Assembly: GCA_051531975.1 (NCBI GenBank)
Contig: JAOPTT010000008.1
Span: 64,001 to 128,000, forward strand
Origin: Spirochaetaceae bacterium
Lineage (GTDB): Bacteria > Spirochaetota > Spirochaetia > DSM-2461
Direction: 5' to 3'
Length of the DNA: 64,000 bases
Positions within the stretch are counted from its first letter, which is position 1, and each line of letters begins with the position of its first letter. The notes beneath the pieces are model-generated. The model had not been told where the DNA came from and did not search any database. It worked only from the letters and a program-made list of their open reading frames with translations. The position numbers and the translations under genes are program-made. Of this stretch, positions 8,387 to 18,177 are shown piece by piece.

Positions 8387-9784
8387 TTAAAACAATTTTA
8401 TTAGATATACATTCAGTTTGTTATCTTTACCTTTAACACTAATCTCTATTGGTTCATTAAAAGATATTTTATCTTTTAATTCATCATATATATTATCTTT
8501 TACTAAAACTTCACCTTTGCCAGCTGCACTGCAAATTCTAGCTGCGGTATTAACATTGTCACCAATAACTGTAAAATCAGCTCTATCTTGGGAACCTAAC
8601 ATTCCTAAAATAACATCTCCCCGATTTATACCTATACCAACCATTAAATTCCCATACTCTTTTTTAGATTTAAGTTTTAATTCTTTTTGGATTTTAATTG
8701 CAGCATTACAAGCTCTTTCTTCCTGATTTTCACCGGTGAATATTGCCATAATTTCATCTCCGACATATTTATCAATATCACCACCTTCACTTTTTATTAT
8801 TTGAGTCTGAAAATTTAATATTTTGTTTAAATCCCTAACAACTTCCCTTGGAGTATGTTTTTCAGAATATGAAGTAAAACCTCTTATATCACTAAAAAAG
8901 AGGGTTAAATTTACCTGTTCACCATCATCATTAGAACCAGATAGGGATTTAATTGTAGATTCCGAAACATATTTCGAAAGTTCAAATCTCTCCATAAGTC
9001 CCTCAGACATTTTATTAACAGTATTCCCTAAATCTCCAATTTCATCATTACTATTTATTTTTACTCTATTTGAAAAAACTCCTTTTGTTACAGAGTTACA
9101 AACTTCACCAATTCTTTTTATAGGATTTAATACACTTTTATGAATAAAGGTTGTTAATATTAATAACAGTGCCAAAACTATAATTGGAAATATAATTACC
9201 GATGTTATAATTCCAGTTTTTTTCTCATTTTCTGATTCTGTAATATTATTAGTAATTTCAATTACACCCCTAATAATATGATCTGAGCCGTGGCACTTTG
9301 CGCAACTAGCTAGGTTTCTAAGTGGTCTATATACTTTTACAAATGATTCATTTTCTACTTTAAAATCCATGAAACTTATATGGGTTGGTAGATCATCCCT
9401 CATAACTCCAGAGGTATAAATATCATCACGCTCCTTAAATACTTCTTTTTTGAGATTTTTATTAACCTGCATTATTGTTTTATTATCCGTAAAAGCATAG
9501 GTTCCATCACTTCGGTATAGTTTTATTGTAAAGTATGGGTTTGCTTCCTCTAGATCACTTAATAATTTCACAGCTAAAGGAGCTTGACCTGGTAACATAA
9601 AGTTTTTTATAGATGTATGCAGAATTTCAGACTGTTGCTCTATATTCTTTTTAGTGTCCATATCGATGGTAGTATATAAAGATCTAAAGAGTATAAATAT
9701 AACAATCCCTACGCCGAGGATAAGAGTTACTGAAATAATTGTATTAATTTTTTTTGATATAGGTTTATATTTTGATTTTTTCAA
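8387..9784 (-). CDS. Class III adenylate cyclase with a periplasmic CxxCH sensor and HAMP domain
   Basis: TM, periplasmic region with CAKCH, TM, HAMP (DEIGDLG), then FFSDIRGFT, DKYVGDE and TVIGDNVNTAAR. Confidence 0.9.
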   Translation of the reverse strand: MKKSKYKPISKKINTIISVTLILGVGIVIFILFRSLYTTIDMDTKKNIEQQSEILHTSIKNFMLPGQAPLAVKLLSDLEEANPYFTIKLYRSDGTYAFTDNKTIMQVNKNLKKEVFKERDDIYTSGVMRDDLPTHISFMDFKVENESFVKVYRPLRNLASCAKCHGSDHIIRGVIEITNNITESENEKKTGIITSVIIFPIIVLALLLILTTFIHKSVLNPIKRIGEVCNSVTKGVFSNRVKINSNDEIGDLGNTVNKMSEGLMERFELSKYVSESTIKSLSGSNDDGEQVNLTLFFSDIRGFTSYSEKHTPREVVRDLNKILNFQTQIIKSEGGDIDKYVGDEIMAIFTGENQEERACNAAIKIQKELKLKSKKEYGNLMVGIGINRGDVILGMLGSQDRADFTVIGDNVNTAARICSAAGKGEVLVKDNIYDELKDKISFNEPIEISVKGKDNKLNVYLIKLF

Positions 9785-9928
9785 GACATTACTCCATAAT
9801 CTATTATACTACTAAACTCAGTGAGCTCTCAATCTTATAAAATAATAATTTTATTCTTAGATAATTAAAAATTGATGAACCATTATTTAAAACGGTATAT
9901 AGTATAAAATATACAAAAAGGAGTACTC

Positions 9929-10372
9929 ATGGATACAAGATCAGACATTGCAAAAGAATCATTTGGTCCAAATTGTAACTGTTCACAAGCTGTTTTTACA
10001 TCATATTGTGAAGAATTTGGTATATCAAAAGAGTTTGGATTAAAACTTTCTATAGGTTTTGGAGGGGGTGTAGCACATAATGGGGAAATTTGTGGTGCTG
10101 TATCTGGGGCAATCTTAGCTATAGGATTAAAATTTGGAAATTCTAAGGATGAAACATATAAAATAATTAATAAATATACTAATAAGTTTAAATCAAAAAA
10201 CAAAACTTTAAATTGTTCAGAACTTCTTGGATATAATTTAAATAAAGAAGAAGAACTAATAAAAGCAAGAGAGTCTGGTATCTTTTCAAACTTATGTCCA
10301 AAATTAGTAAAAGATTCAGTTGAAATTTTAGATGAAATAATTATTAATTATGAAAGTCAAACCGATTTATAG
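9929..10372 (+). CDS. C-GCAxxG-C-C family putative redox protein
   Basis: NCSQAV, FGGG..GEICGAVSG, LNCSEL and LCPKLV motifs. Confidence 0.9.
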   Translation: MDTRSDIAKESFGPNCNCSQAVFTSYCEEFGISKEFGLKLSIGFGGGVAHNGEICGAVSGAILAIGLKFGNSKDETYKIINKYTNKFKSKNKTLNCSELLGYNLNKEEELIKARESGIFSNLCPKLVKDSVEILDEIIINYESQTDL

Positions 10373-10374
10373 AT

Positions 10375-10893
10375 ATGAATTTAAAACTATCAAACCGACA
10401 ATTAAGTATTAGACCTATATCGGTAGAGGATATCCAAGATGTTTATGAACTTTATTCTTCTAACAAGGTTTGTAAAGATTTTGATATAAAACCCTATACA
10501 ACTCTACTTGAATCAGAAAATCAGATTAATAACTGGATAAGATTATCAGAAAATAAAAAACAATATAGATATGCAATACTATTAAACAATAAGTTCATAG
10601 GAACATGTGGTATTTATTCAATATATTGGCATCAATCAAGAGTATCAATTGGTTATGATTTAAAACCAAAACATTGGGGACAAGGTATAATGACTAGTGT
10701 AATAAAAATATTTTTATTACACATAAAAAAAGAATTTAAATTAAATAGAATACAAGCTACTGTAAGACCAAATAATATCACTTCAAAAAAGTTATTATTA
10801 AATAATGGCTTCGAATATGAAGGATTATTAAAAGATTATGAGAAATGGAACGACCAATTTGTTGATCTAGAAATGTACTCTTTATTAACCTAG
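10375..10893 (+). CDS. GNAT (RimJ/RimL-type) acetyltransferase
   Basis: IGYDL..HWGQGIM, N..SKKLL..NGFEYEG. Confidence 0.9.
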   Translation: MNLKLSNRQLSIRPISVEDIQDVYELYSSNKVCKDFDIKPYTTLLESENQINNWIRLSENKKQYRYAILLNNKFIGTCGIYSIYWHQSRVSIGYDLKPKHWGQGIMTSVIKIFLLHIKKEFKLNRIQATVRPNNITSKKLLLNNGFEYEGLLKDYEKWNDQFVDLEMYSLLT

Positions 10894-12399
10894 GAAAAGC
10901 TTATAGGCATCATCATCTGTTTTTTCAACATAGTTATACCCAACCTTATCTAAAACAGAAATTAGTTTACTTTTTTCCCCTATATTATAATGTAAACCAA
11001 TTAGACCTTTACCAATGATACTCCCCTCATTTCTATAGTGAAACATTGAGATATTCCACCTATCCCCTAATAATTCAAGTAAGTCCATAAGTGCACCTGC
11101 TCTTTCAGGAAAATCTATAGTAAATACAGCTTCTTCTTTTATTGATGTTTTATGCCCACCAACCATATTTCTAACATGACGTTTAGCAATACTGTTTTCT
11201 GTTAGATTTTTTACAATGTAGGACTTTGATTCTAATCCAGCTATAAGATTATCCAACTCTCCGTCTTTTCTTTTAATTTGAACACCTGCTAGAATTGTTG
11301 CATCTTCATCTTTAGCAAAACGGTAGTTAAATTCAGTAATACTATGTTCACCTATAACTCTACAAAACTCTCTGAAGCTTCCCTTCTCTTCTGGAATTGT
11401 AACAGCTAATAAAGACTCTCTTCTCTCTCCAAACTCAGAGACTTCTGATATAAACCTTAATTTATCAAAGTTAACATTAGCACCACTTTCTATTGCTAAT
11501 AAAGTTTGATTAGATAATCTGTTTTCTTCTGCATATTTTTTTAAACCAGCTAAAGCTAATGCACCAGCAGGTTCAGATATGGATCTTGTATCTTCAAATA
11601 GATCTTTAACAGCTGCACAAATTTCATCGGTTGTAACTGTTACAATACCGTCTATACACTCTTTTAAAAGCTTAAAAGTCTCTTCACCAATCTGTTTAAC
11701 AGCGACACCATCTGCAAAAATACCAACTTTTTCTAATATTACTCGGCTATTGTTTTCAAAAGCAGCTTTTAAACATGCCGATTCATTAGATTCAACAGCA
11801 ATAACTTTTATTTCAGGTCTTAGGTATTTGATATAAGTTCCAACACCAGCGGCTAATCCTCCACCACCTACAGGAATAAAAATTGCATCTATATTCTCAG
11901 AATATTGTCTAAGAATCTCCATGCCGATTGTTCCCTGCCCTGCAATTACCTCTGGGTCATCATATGGGTGAATAAATATAAAACCATTTTCTACTTCTAA
12001 TTGTCTAGAGTATTCTAGTGCATCGTTAAAATCATCACCATATAGTATTACATTTGCCCCATGTTCTTTAACAGATATAACTTTTATCTTTGGTGTAGTT
12101 TTAGGCATGACTATAGTAGCTTCTATACCTAAATATTTAGCAGCAAGTGCTACACCTTGGGCGTGATTTCCCGCAGAGGCAGCAATGACTCCTTTGACTT
12201 TTTGAACCTCTGTAAGCTGATTCATTTTATTATATGCACCTCTAAGTTTAAATGAAAAAACCGGTTGTAGATCTTCTCGTTTAATTAGAACCTTATTATT
12301 TATACGTTTACTTAAAAAAACAGCACTGTCTATTGGGGTTTCAATTGCAATATCGTAAACCTTAGCTGCCAGTATTTTTTTTATATATATATCACTCAT
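10885..12399 (-). CDS. ilvA: Threonine ammonia-lyase, biosynthetic long form
   Basis: KREDLQPVFSFKLRGAYN, ASAGNHAQG, two C-terminal regulatory domains (FNYR; FHYRN). Confidence 0.95.
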   Translation of the reverse strand: MSDIYIKKILAAKVYDIAIETPIDSAVFLSKRINNKVLIKREDLQPVFSFKLRGAYNKMNQLTEVQKVKGVIAASAGNHAQGVALAAKYLGIEATIVMPKTTPKIKVISVKEHGANVILYGDDFNDALEYSRQLEVENGFIFIHPYDDPEVIAGQGTIGMEILRQYSENIDAIFIPVGGGGLAAGVGTYIKYLRPEIKVIAVESNESACLKAAFENNSRVILEKVGIFADGVAVKQIGEETFKLLKECIDGIVTVTTDEICAAVKDLFEDTRSISEPAGALALAGLKKYAEENRLSNQTLLAIESGANVNFDKLRFISEVSEFGERRESLLAVTIPEEKGSFREFCRVIGEHSITEFNYRFAKDEDATILAGVQIKRKDGELDNLIAGLESKSYIVKNLTENSIAKRHVRNMVGGHKTSIKEEAVFTIDFPERAGALMDLLELLGDRWNISMFHYRNEGSIIGKGLIGLHYNIGEKSKLISVLDKVGYNYVEKTDDDAYKLFLG

Positions 12400-12481
12400 G
12401 TGGTAATTCCTTTAGAATTGTTTAAATCATACTATCTCTCTTTAAAAAAAAAATAAAGAGAGATAAAATTGAGTAATATGT

Positions 12482-12518
12482 AACCTAGAAGTTAATTACA
12501 TATAAGAACTTCTAGGTT
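12482..12518 (-). terminator. Stem-loop after the AOR-ADH operon
   Basis: AACCTAGAAGTT-N13-AACTTCTAGGTT, just past the adh stop codon. Confidence 0.55.
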
Positions 12519-12540
12519 TAGTATAAATTTTCTTTTATTT

Positions 12541-14154
12541 CTAGAAAGCATCTTCTAAAATTTTTATTATATCATCAAATCTCAGTTCTCTAGGATTGTA
12601 TACTATAGATCCATCACCTAAAGCTGTCTTGGCAATAGCCTCAAATTGGTTTGGTTTTACTAAATGTTCACCATCTCTATTTTTTACTTCCGAAAATTTC
12701 AGAGGATGACGGCCATTTGTTAGATCATTTAGCTTAATATTCATACCTTTTATAATTTCAATTGCAGAAAATTCTGTAGAATCAGTTGATAGTGCATTTT
12801 TTAATTGTCTCAACTCGTCGGTAATAACTTTAGCATTATACTCTAGACCATAGGGTAGTAAAATAGACATGCATGTACCATGGGGAACATGACATACAGA
12901 GCCAATAGAGTGCCCGATTGTATGTACCATTCCAACCATAGAGTTAGAAAATGCCATTCCAGCTAAGTTTGAAGCATTTGCTAAAGCAGCTCTATGTTCT
13001 AAATTTTTTGGATCCTTCATCATAGGTATTAGATGATCCCTAATCAGAGTAATTGATCTCCAAGCTAGCTGATCACTTATTGGATTTTTTCCTAAACAAG
13101 TAAAAGCTTCCACAGCATGAGAAAGTGCATCCATAGTAGTCATTGAGCTTAAAAAAAGTGGTAGTGAAGCTGTTAAACGGCTATCTAAAATAGCATAATC
13201 AGGTTGAAGGTGATTTGAATTAAAAACATTTTTCCTCCCACTAATTTTATCCGCTATCACTGCAACTTTAGTTACCTCAGAGCCAGTTCCAGACGTTGTT
13301 GGTATGCAAACAAATGGAGTATTCAATTTGGGAATTATTCCAGAACCACTGTACTTTGAAAGGTTTTCTGTGCCCAAAGAGACATTTAAATATACACCTT
13401 TAGCTGTATCCAATACAGAGCCACCACCTAATGCAATTATTCCATCCCTATTTTCTTCATTAAAAATATGACTTATCTTATTAACAGTATCAGTATCTGA
13501 GTCCGGTGGGATATCTTTAAAAACTGTAATATCCTTCTTTTTTAATTCATCTTTTATTAGATCTAAAAGTCCAACAGATTCAATTCCCTTATCTGTTAAA
13601 AACAATGGTGATTTAACATTCAATTTATTGAGTAGAGGACCTAGCTCATGCAAAGAGTTATCTGCTTTAAGTACAGATGTACGGCAACTAAAAGTAAATG
13701 CTTTGGGTATAATAAAATTACATGGAAAATCTATGTCAGCATCCACTGTAGTTATATAGGCTTTAAAAAAGTTTTCCAAAATAGTTGATTTTCTACATGA
13801 AACAACTTTTGAATCGATAACTATATACTCAGAAAGAGGCTCTTTTATACTATCTATATCTGTTAATGAGAGTGGAATCAGAGCTTTTGGTCTAATATCC
13901 TGGGAATATTCTTTTACAAGTTCAGAATCACCCATAATAATCAAAAAATCATAATCATTAGATGGAGTATTTGCTTGAATATTAATACCTGAAGTATATC
14001 CAGGAATTAGAAGCTTCCCAGTTTTTATAGCTTTCTTTTTGTTTTTATCATTTGTTATAATTATAGGATTTTTAACTTTCAATAAAGCCATTTCTGAACT
14101 TAACTGAGCCATCATACCACGACCAAAAAGAATTGTACCTAAAGGTTTTGTCAT
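12541..14154 (-). CDS. Iron-containing alcohol dehydrogenase with a degenerate duplicated N-terminal domain
   Basis: GGGSVLD, PTTSGTGSE, DALSHAVE, HTIGH and HG metal ligands. ATG 14154 overlaps the upstream stop (ATGA) and has a GGGAGG RBS. Confidence 0.9.
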   Translation of the reverse strand: MTKPLGTILFGRGMMAQLSSEMALLKVKNPIIITNDKNKKKAIKTGKLLIPGYTSGINIQANTPSNDYDFLIIMGDSELVKEYSQDIRPKALIPLSLTDIDSIKEPLSEYIVIDSKVVSCRKSTILENFFKAYITTVDADIDFPCNFIIPKAFTFSCRTSVLKADNSLHELGPLLNKLNVKSPLFLTDKGIESVGLLDLIKDELKKKDITVFKDIPPDSDTDTVNKISHIFNEENRDGIIALGGGSVLDTAKGVYLNVSLGTENLSKYSGSGIIPKLNTPFVCIPTTSGTGSEVTKVAVIADKISGRKNVFNSNHLQPDYAILDSRLTASLPLFLSSMTTMDALSHAVEAFTCLGKNPISDQLAWRSITLIRDHLIPMMKDPKNLEHRAALANASNLAGMAFSNSMVGMVHTIGHSIGSVCHVPHGTCMSILLPYGLEYNAKVITDELRQLKNALSTDSTEFSAIEIIKGMNIKLNDLTNGRHPLKFSEVKNRDGEHLVKPNQFEAIAKTALGDGSIVYNPRELRFDDIIKILEDAF

Positions 14155-14606
14155 AAAACAGCCTCCCATTTTTTAACAGCTTTTTTAGCAATAAACCTGG
14201 GTAATAATAAGATTTCAACCTTATCCATAAGACGGATAAAGGTACAGGAATGTGGTAACTCACCTTTTACTGTAAGGCGACCATTTGCTTCACTTTGACA
14301 TGTACCTTCCTGAAATGATAACAGATACCATGCTGCTTCTATACTTTTTAGTGATACTTTCATATCCAAATCTAATGAATTCCTAGGAATCTGTTTTAAC
14401 CTGTTAGAAACACGTTTAAAAGCCACTGATGGCCCTGATGGCCATACCCCAAAAGAGAATGTAAAGTTTTCTGGAAAATCAGAAATCACTGTTCTAACAG
14501 TTTTTTTTCTACATGCAATTGCTGGAATAAACCAGCCTAAAACTGCAAAAACTATTCTACAATACAAAGTTTTAAATCTTCGTTTAGATGGTCTTATAGA
14601 AGTCAT
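14151..14606 (-). CDS. SCP2 (sterol carrier)-like lipid-binding protein
   Basis: DLDMKVSLKSIEAAWYLL..NGRLTVKGEL resembles the SCP2 fold C-terminus; sits inside the AOR operon. Confidence 0.55.
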   Translation of the reverse strand: MTSIRPSKRRFKTLYCRIVFAVLGWFIPAIACRKKTVRTVISDFPENFTFSFGVWPSGPSVAFKRVSNRLKQIPRNSLDLDMKVSLKSIEAAWYLLSFQEGTCQSEANGRLTVKGELPHSCTFIRLMDKVEILLLPRFIAKKAVKKWEAVL

Positions 14607-14607
14607 T

Positions 14608-16488
14608 TTATTCTCCTGTATTCATTAATTTAGCAAGTGCAATATCTGTAGGTCCACCATTAGCACCATACTTTCTTTTTTTATAATATTGTTTAACCAT
14701 TTTTTTAATTGGTACAACTGTATTTTTACCCTTAAAAGCAGTCTCTTTTTCAGTTGTAAAACGTTCAGGAAGAGTATCGTGCTCTGCTTTATGCCCCATT
14801 TGAACATTCATCCAACGCTCTAACTTGTTTACTCTCTCACCAACTTTAATAAATCCCCATTTACCCATTTTAATACCTGTTATAGACCAAAAGTATTTGC
14901 TTAAAATACTCCAATCCATTAGTGCCATAGCGATTTTAGGCATCGTAATTGTTGCGACTTTAAGAACAAATTTTGGTAGATATTTAGGAATTACTGGCTC
15001 TGTCATAATACCAAAAACAGAAAATAGACAAACTTGTAATGAGTTAACACCTGAGTATAGATCTTCCATAAAAATAACCCAATCTGCTTTTCCCATAGTA
15101 ACATGTGGTGGCATATAACCCATATGTTGCTCTAAGGCAATTAAATAAGAGCCTAAATGGCATCCACCTTTATTATGAACAGCATATCCTAAACCATGCC
15201 CCCAGCTTGAACGAGGGTCGTATGCTGCAACCTCTATACCTTTTACATGGATTGCAAAATTTGTTCCACCATACTTTTGACTTAAATTACGGGAACCTAG
15301 AGCTAAATCAATACCTTCTGCCCTAAGATAAGCAATATCATTCAAAATACCTTCAATATTATCAAACTTTCCAAACTGTAAAGAAGTTTTACGTAGTCCT
15401 TTTTCTCCAGCTTCCATAGCCCATGAAAGTGTTCCACCACAAGAAATAGTATCCATTCCCAGTTCATTCATTACATCATTCCACTTGCCAATAAGATCAG
15501 GATCATAGTTATCAATATTACTACCAAACATACCAACAGTTTCATATTCAGGTATTTGTCTTAATTTACCATCTGGATAATGCCCCTTATGACCACATAA
15601 AACTGAACAATGTCTGCATGATGAGTGTCTGGTTTTATATTTTTTAGCCATTAGTTCACCAGAATTATTAATTATATCTGGATGATAACGGTCTTTAAAA
15701 TTGTGTACTGGTGCAAAACCTCTTTCCATACCAAGTTTAACATTACTGTTTGTACCATATAGTCGATAATCCTTTGTCATTTTATTCCGTAAAATATATT
15801 TTTTTGCTTTTGTTACAGTTTTATTAAAAAATTCAGGATAAACAGGTTCATAACTTACTTCTTTACCTCTAGCAACAATAGCTTTTAACATTTTAGAACC
15901 CATAACAGCACCAACTCCACCACGACCAGCAAAACGGTGACCAGAGCAAATATTTGCATAAAGAACTCTGTTCTCTCCTGCAGGGCCTATTACAGCGACA
16001 CCCTCTTTTGGACTAAGTTTAAGTGATTCTTGAACCTCGTGTGTTCCTTGACCCCAAAGTTCTGTAGCAGATTCAAATGTAACACCATCTTTATCTATTC
16101 GCATTGTAGTTGGAGAACTACAACACCCAGAAATAATAACTCCATCCCAACCTGCAGTTTTACATGCTTCACCAAAATAACCACCACAAGATGAACCAAC
16201 CATAAGACCAGTTAAAGGAGAACGTGTTACAACTTCAAATCGTCCAGAACATGATGCTCCAGACGTTAACATGACTCCCATAGAAAATATAAGTAGATTA
16301 TCGGGACCTAAAGCATCAACAGTTCCTAATTCCTCTTTAGTAAAACGATCATAATATATTTTTAATGCTAAACCCTTACCACCAATATATGATTTCAGGT
16401 CGTTTTGACTTACCTGATAAACACTCCAGGTTTGATCTGTAAGATTTACATCTAAATATCTATTTGAAGTACCCTTAATTATTTCCAT
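14608..16488 (-). CDS. aor: Aldehyde:ferredoxin oxidoreductase (tungsten AOR family)
   Basis: YIGGKGLA, IGPAGEN, GRGGVGAVMGSKMLKAI, CRHCSVLC, EYET, DTISCG, YDPR, GGCH. Confidence 0.92.
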   Translation of the reverse strand: MEIIKGTSNRYLDVNLTDQTWSVYQVSQNDLKSYIGGKGLALKIYYDRFTKEELGTVDALGPDNLLIFSMGVMLTSGASCSGRFEVVTRSPLTGLMVGSSCGGYFGEACKTAGWDGVIISGCCSSPTTMRIDKDGVTFESATELWGQGTHEVQESLKLSPKEGVAVIGPAGENRVLYANICSGHRFAGRGGVGAVMGSKMLKAIVARGKEVSYEPVYPEFFNKTVTKAKKYILRNKMTKDYRLYGTNSNVKLGMERGFAPVHNFKDRYHPDIINNSGELMAKKYKTRHSSCRHCSVLCGHKGHYPDGKLRQIPEYETVGMFGSNIDNYDPDLIGKWNDVMNELGMDTISCGGTLSWAMEAGEKGLRKTSLQFGKFDNIEGILNDIAYLRAEGIDLALGSRNLSQKYGGTNFAIHVKGIEVAAYDPRSSWGHGLGYAVHNKGGCHLGSYLIALEQHMGYMPPHVTMGKADWVIFMEDLYSGVNSLQVCLFSVFGIMTEPVIPKYLPKFVLKVATITMPKIAMALMDWSILSKYFWSITGIKMGKWGFIKVGERVNKLERWMNVQMGHKAEHDTLPERFTTEKETAFKGKNTVVPIKKMVKQYYKKRKYGANGGPTDIALAKLMNTGE

Positions 16489-16900
16489 TTTGAACCTCCA
16501 TAATTATTGCATCAAACTGACAATTATCTAAACACCAGTTACATGAAACACATTTGTTTGGATAAGCTAAAACAGCATAATTATCATTAAGAGGTAGATC
16601 TTCAGCTTTCATAGTCAAGGCATCTACTGGGCAAGCAACAACACAATTTTCACAGGCGTAACATTTTTTAACAATTATAGTTGGTTTAAGCCACTCTGAC
16701 TTTTTTAACCGAGGTACCAGATCCCCTTGCTCAGTTTCTATAGAATCTTTTGGACATACTCTTCCACACGAACCACAATCGATACATAATTTATAATCAA
16801 TTACATGCAAAGATTTTTTATCTCCAGTTATAGCGGTTGTTGGACATACTTTTTTACAAGCACCACAACCAATACAAGTTGAAATGATATTATGAGCCAT
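16475..16900 (-). CDS. Polyferredoxin (four 4Fe-4S motifs)
   Basis: Four CxxCxxCxxxC motifs. Confidence 0.92.
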   Translation of the reverse strand: MAHNIISTCIGCGACKKVCPTTAITGDKKSLHVIDYKLCIDCGSCGRVCPKDSIETEQGDLVPRLKKSEWLKPTIIVKKCYACENCVVACPVDALTMKAEDLPLNDNYAVLAYPNKCVSCNWCLDNCQFDAIIMEVQNGNN

Positions 16901-16978
16901 TAGAACTCCCTTAATAATTTAGATATTTTAACTATAATATGGTTATGGCTAGGTGACAACAATCAATTATACGTCATA

Positions 16979-16994
16979 TGTCTACTAATAGACA
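16979..16994. promoter_or_regulatory. Palindromic operator, likely a TetR site
   Basis: TGTCTA-CTAA-TAGACA in the divergent interval between the ferredoxin and TetR genes. Confidence 0.5.
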
Positions 16995-17036
16995 CTATGT
17001 GGAGTTATGACTATTATTACAGTGAATTGAGGTAAA

Positions 17037-17627
17037 ATGAGAACAGAAAAACAGGATAGACGTATACGTAAAACAAAAAAACTATTACGAGATTCACTTG
17101 TAGAAACTCTACAAAGTAAAGAACTCACCAAAATAACAGTAAGAGAACTATGCCAACATGCTGATATTAATAGAAGTACATTCTATCTACACTACAGAGA
17201 TATATTTGATCTTTGGCGGCAATTAGAAAATAAAGTAGAACAGGACTTAAAAGAAATACTTAGTAGTTTTTCTCCCAATTCCATAATAACTAATCCCCTA
17301 CCTCTATTATTAGAGATTAGTAAGCTATTAGAAGAGGAAAAAGAATTTAACAAATTGTTATTTAGTAGCCGAGAATCAATAATTTTTCTTGATCAATTAA
17401 AAGAAGACTTCATTAAATATTTTATGGATGAAAACCAAGACTTAATAAAAAAATCAAAGGATAGGGATTTTGAATTTTATATCACATTTGCAATTTCTGG
17501 GATATTTTCTCTTTTTACAAAATGGTTTGTAGAAGAGAAAGACTTCCCCTTAGAAAAACTAGCCCATACGATAGAACAACTTATATTTCAGGGTGTCGGA
17601 GATTTTTTAAAAAATAGTCAATCTTAA
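17037..17627 (+). CDS. TetR/AcrR-family regulator
   Basis: DRRIRKTK..ITVRELCQHADINRSTFYLHY. Confidence 0.93.
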   Translation: MRTEKQDRRIRKTKKLLRDSLVETLQSKELTKITVRELCQHADINRSTFYLHYRDIFDLWRQLENKVEQDLKEILSSFSPNSIITNPLPLLLEISKLLEEEKEFNKLLFSSRESIIFLDQLKEDFIKYFMDENQDLIKKSKDRDFEFYITFAISGIFSLFTKWFVEEKDFPLEKLAHTIEQLIFQGVGDFLKNSQS

Positions 17628-17631
17628 AAAA

Positions 17632-18177
17632 TCACCACCAAATACTATATTCACAACCACAATATTTTTGTCTATATAGGCCTAACTCTTTTGATAGATC
17701 GGTACTAACTTTAAAACCATTTTCTTTACAAAAATCGATCATTAAAAACTCTACACCGTACTGTTTAGCCACATCTTGGCCAATCTCCATTATTGCTTTT
17801 GAGTTCTTATGTGGACTAATGGATAAAGTAGATGTAAAAAAGTCCATATTAAGCTCTTTTGCTTTTTTAGCAGCTGTAATAAAGCTAAATCTGAAACATT
17901 TTAAACATCTAGCACCTTTTTCAGGTTCAGCTTCTAAACCTTTTATGTAATCTGACCACTTTTTATGGTCGTACTTTTCTTTAATTATACTGTCTTTATA
18001 ATAATCTGAAACTGTAACTGCAGCCTCAAATCTTTTTTCAAACTCTTCTTCAGAGTTCATATTAGAATTAGAAAAATATAGAATTATATCATAATCATCA
18101 ATCCTTGGGATAGAACCTACAGCACAAGGGCCACAACATACATGTAATAATAATTTCTTTTTTTCACTTGTTATCAT
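17632..18177 (-). CDS. queH: Epoxyqueuosine reductase QueH
   Basis: LLLHVCCGPC, RCLKCF, SPHK, YRQKYCGC. Confidence 0.9.
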   Translation of the reverse strand: MITSEKKKLLLHVCCGPCAVGSIPRIDDYDIILYFSNSNMNSEEEFEKRFEAAVTVSDYYKDSIIKEKYDHKKWSDYIKGLEAEPEKGARCLKCFRFSFITAAKKAKELNMDFFTSTLSISPHKNSKAIMEIGQDVAKQYGVEFLMIDFCKENGFKVSTDLSKELGLYRQKYCGCEYSIWW

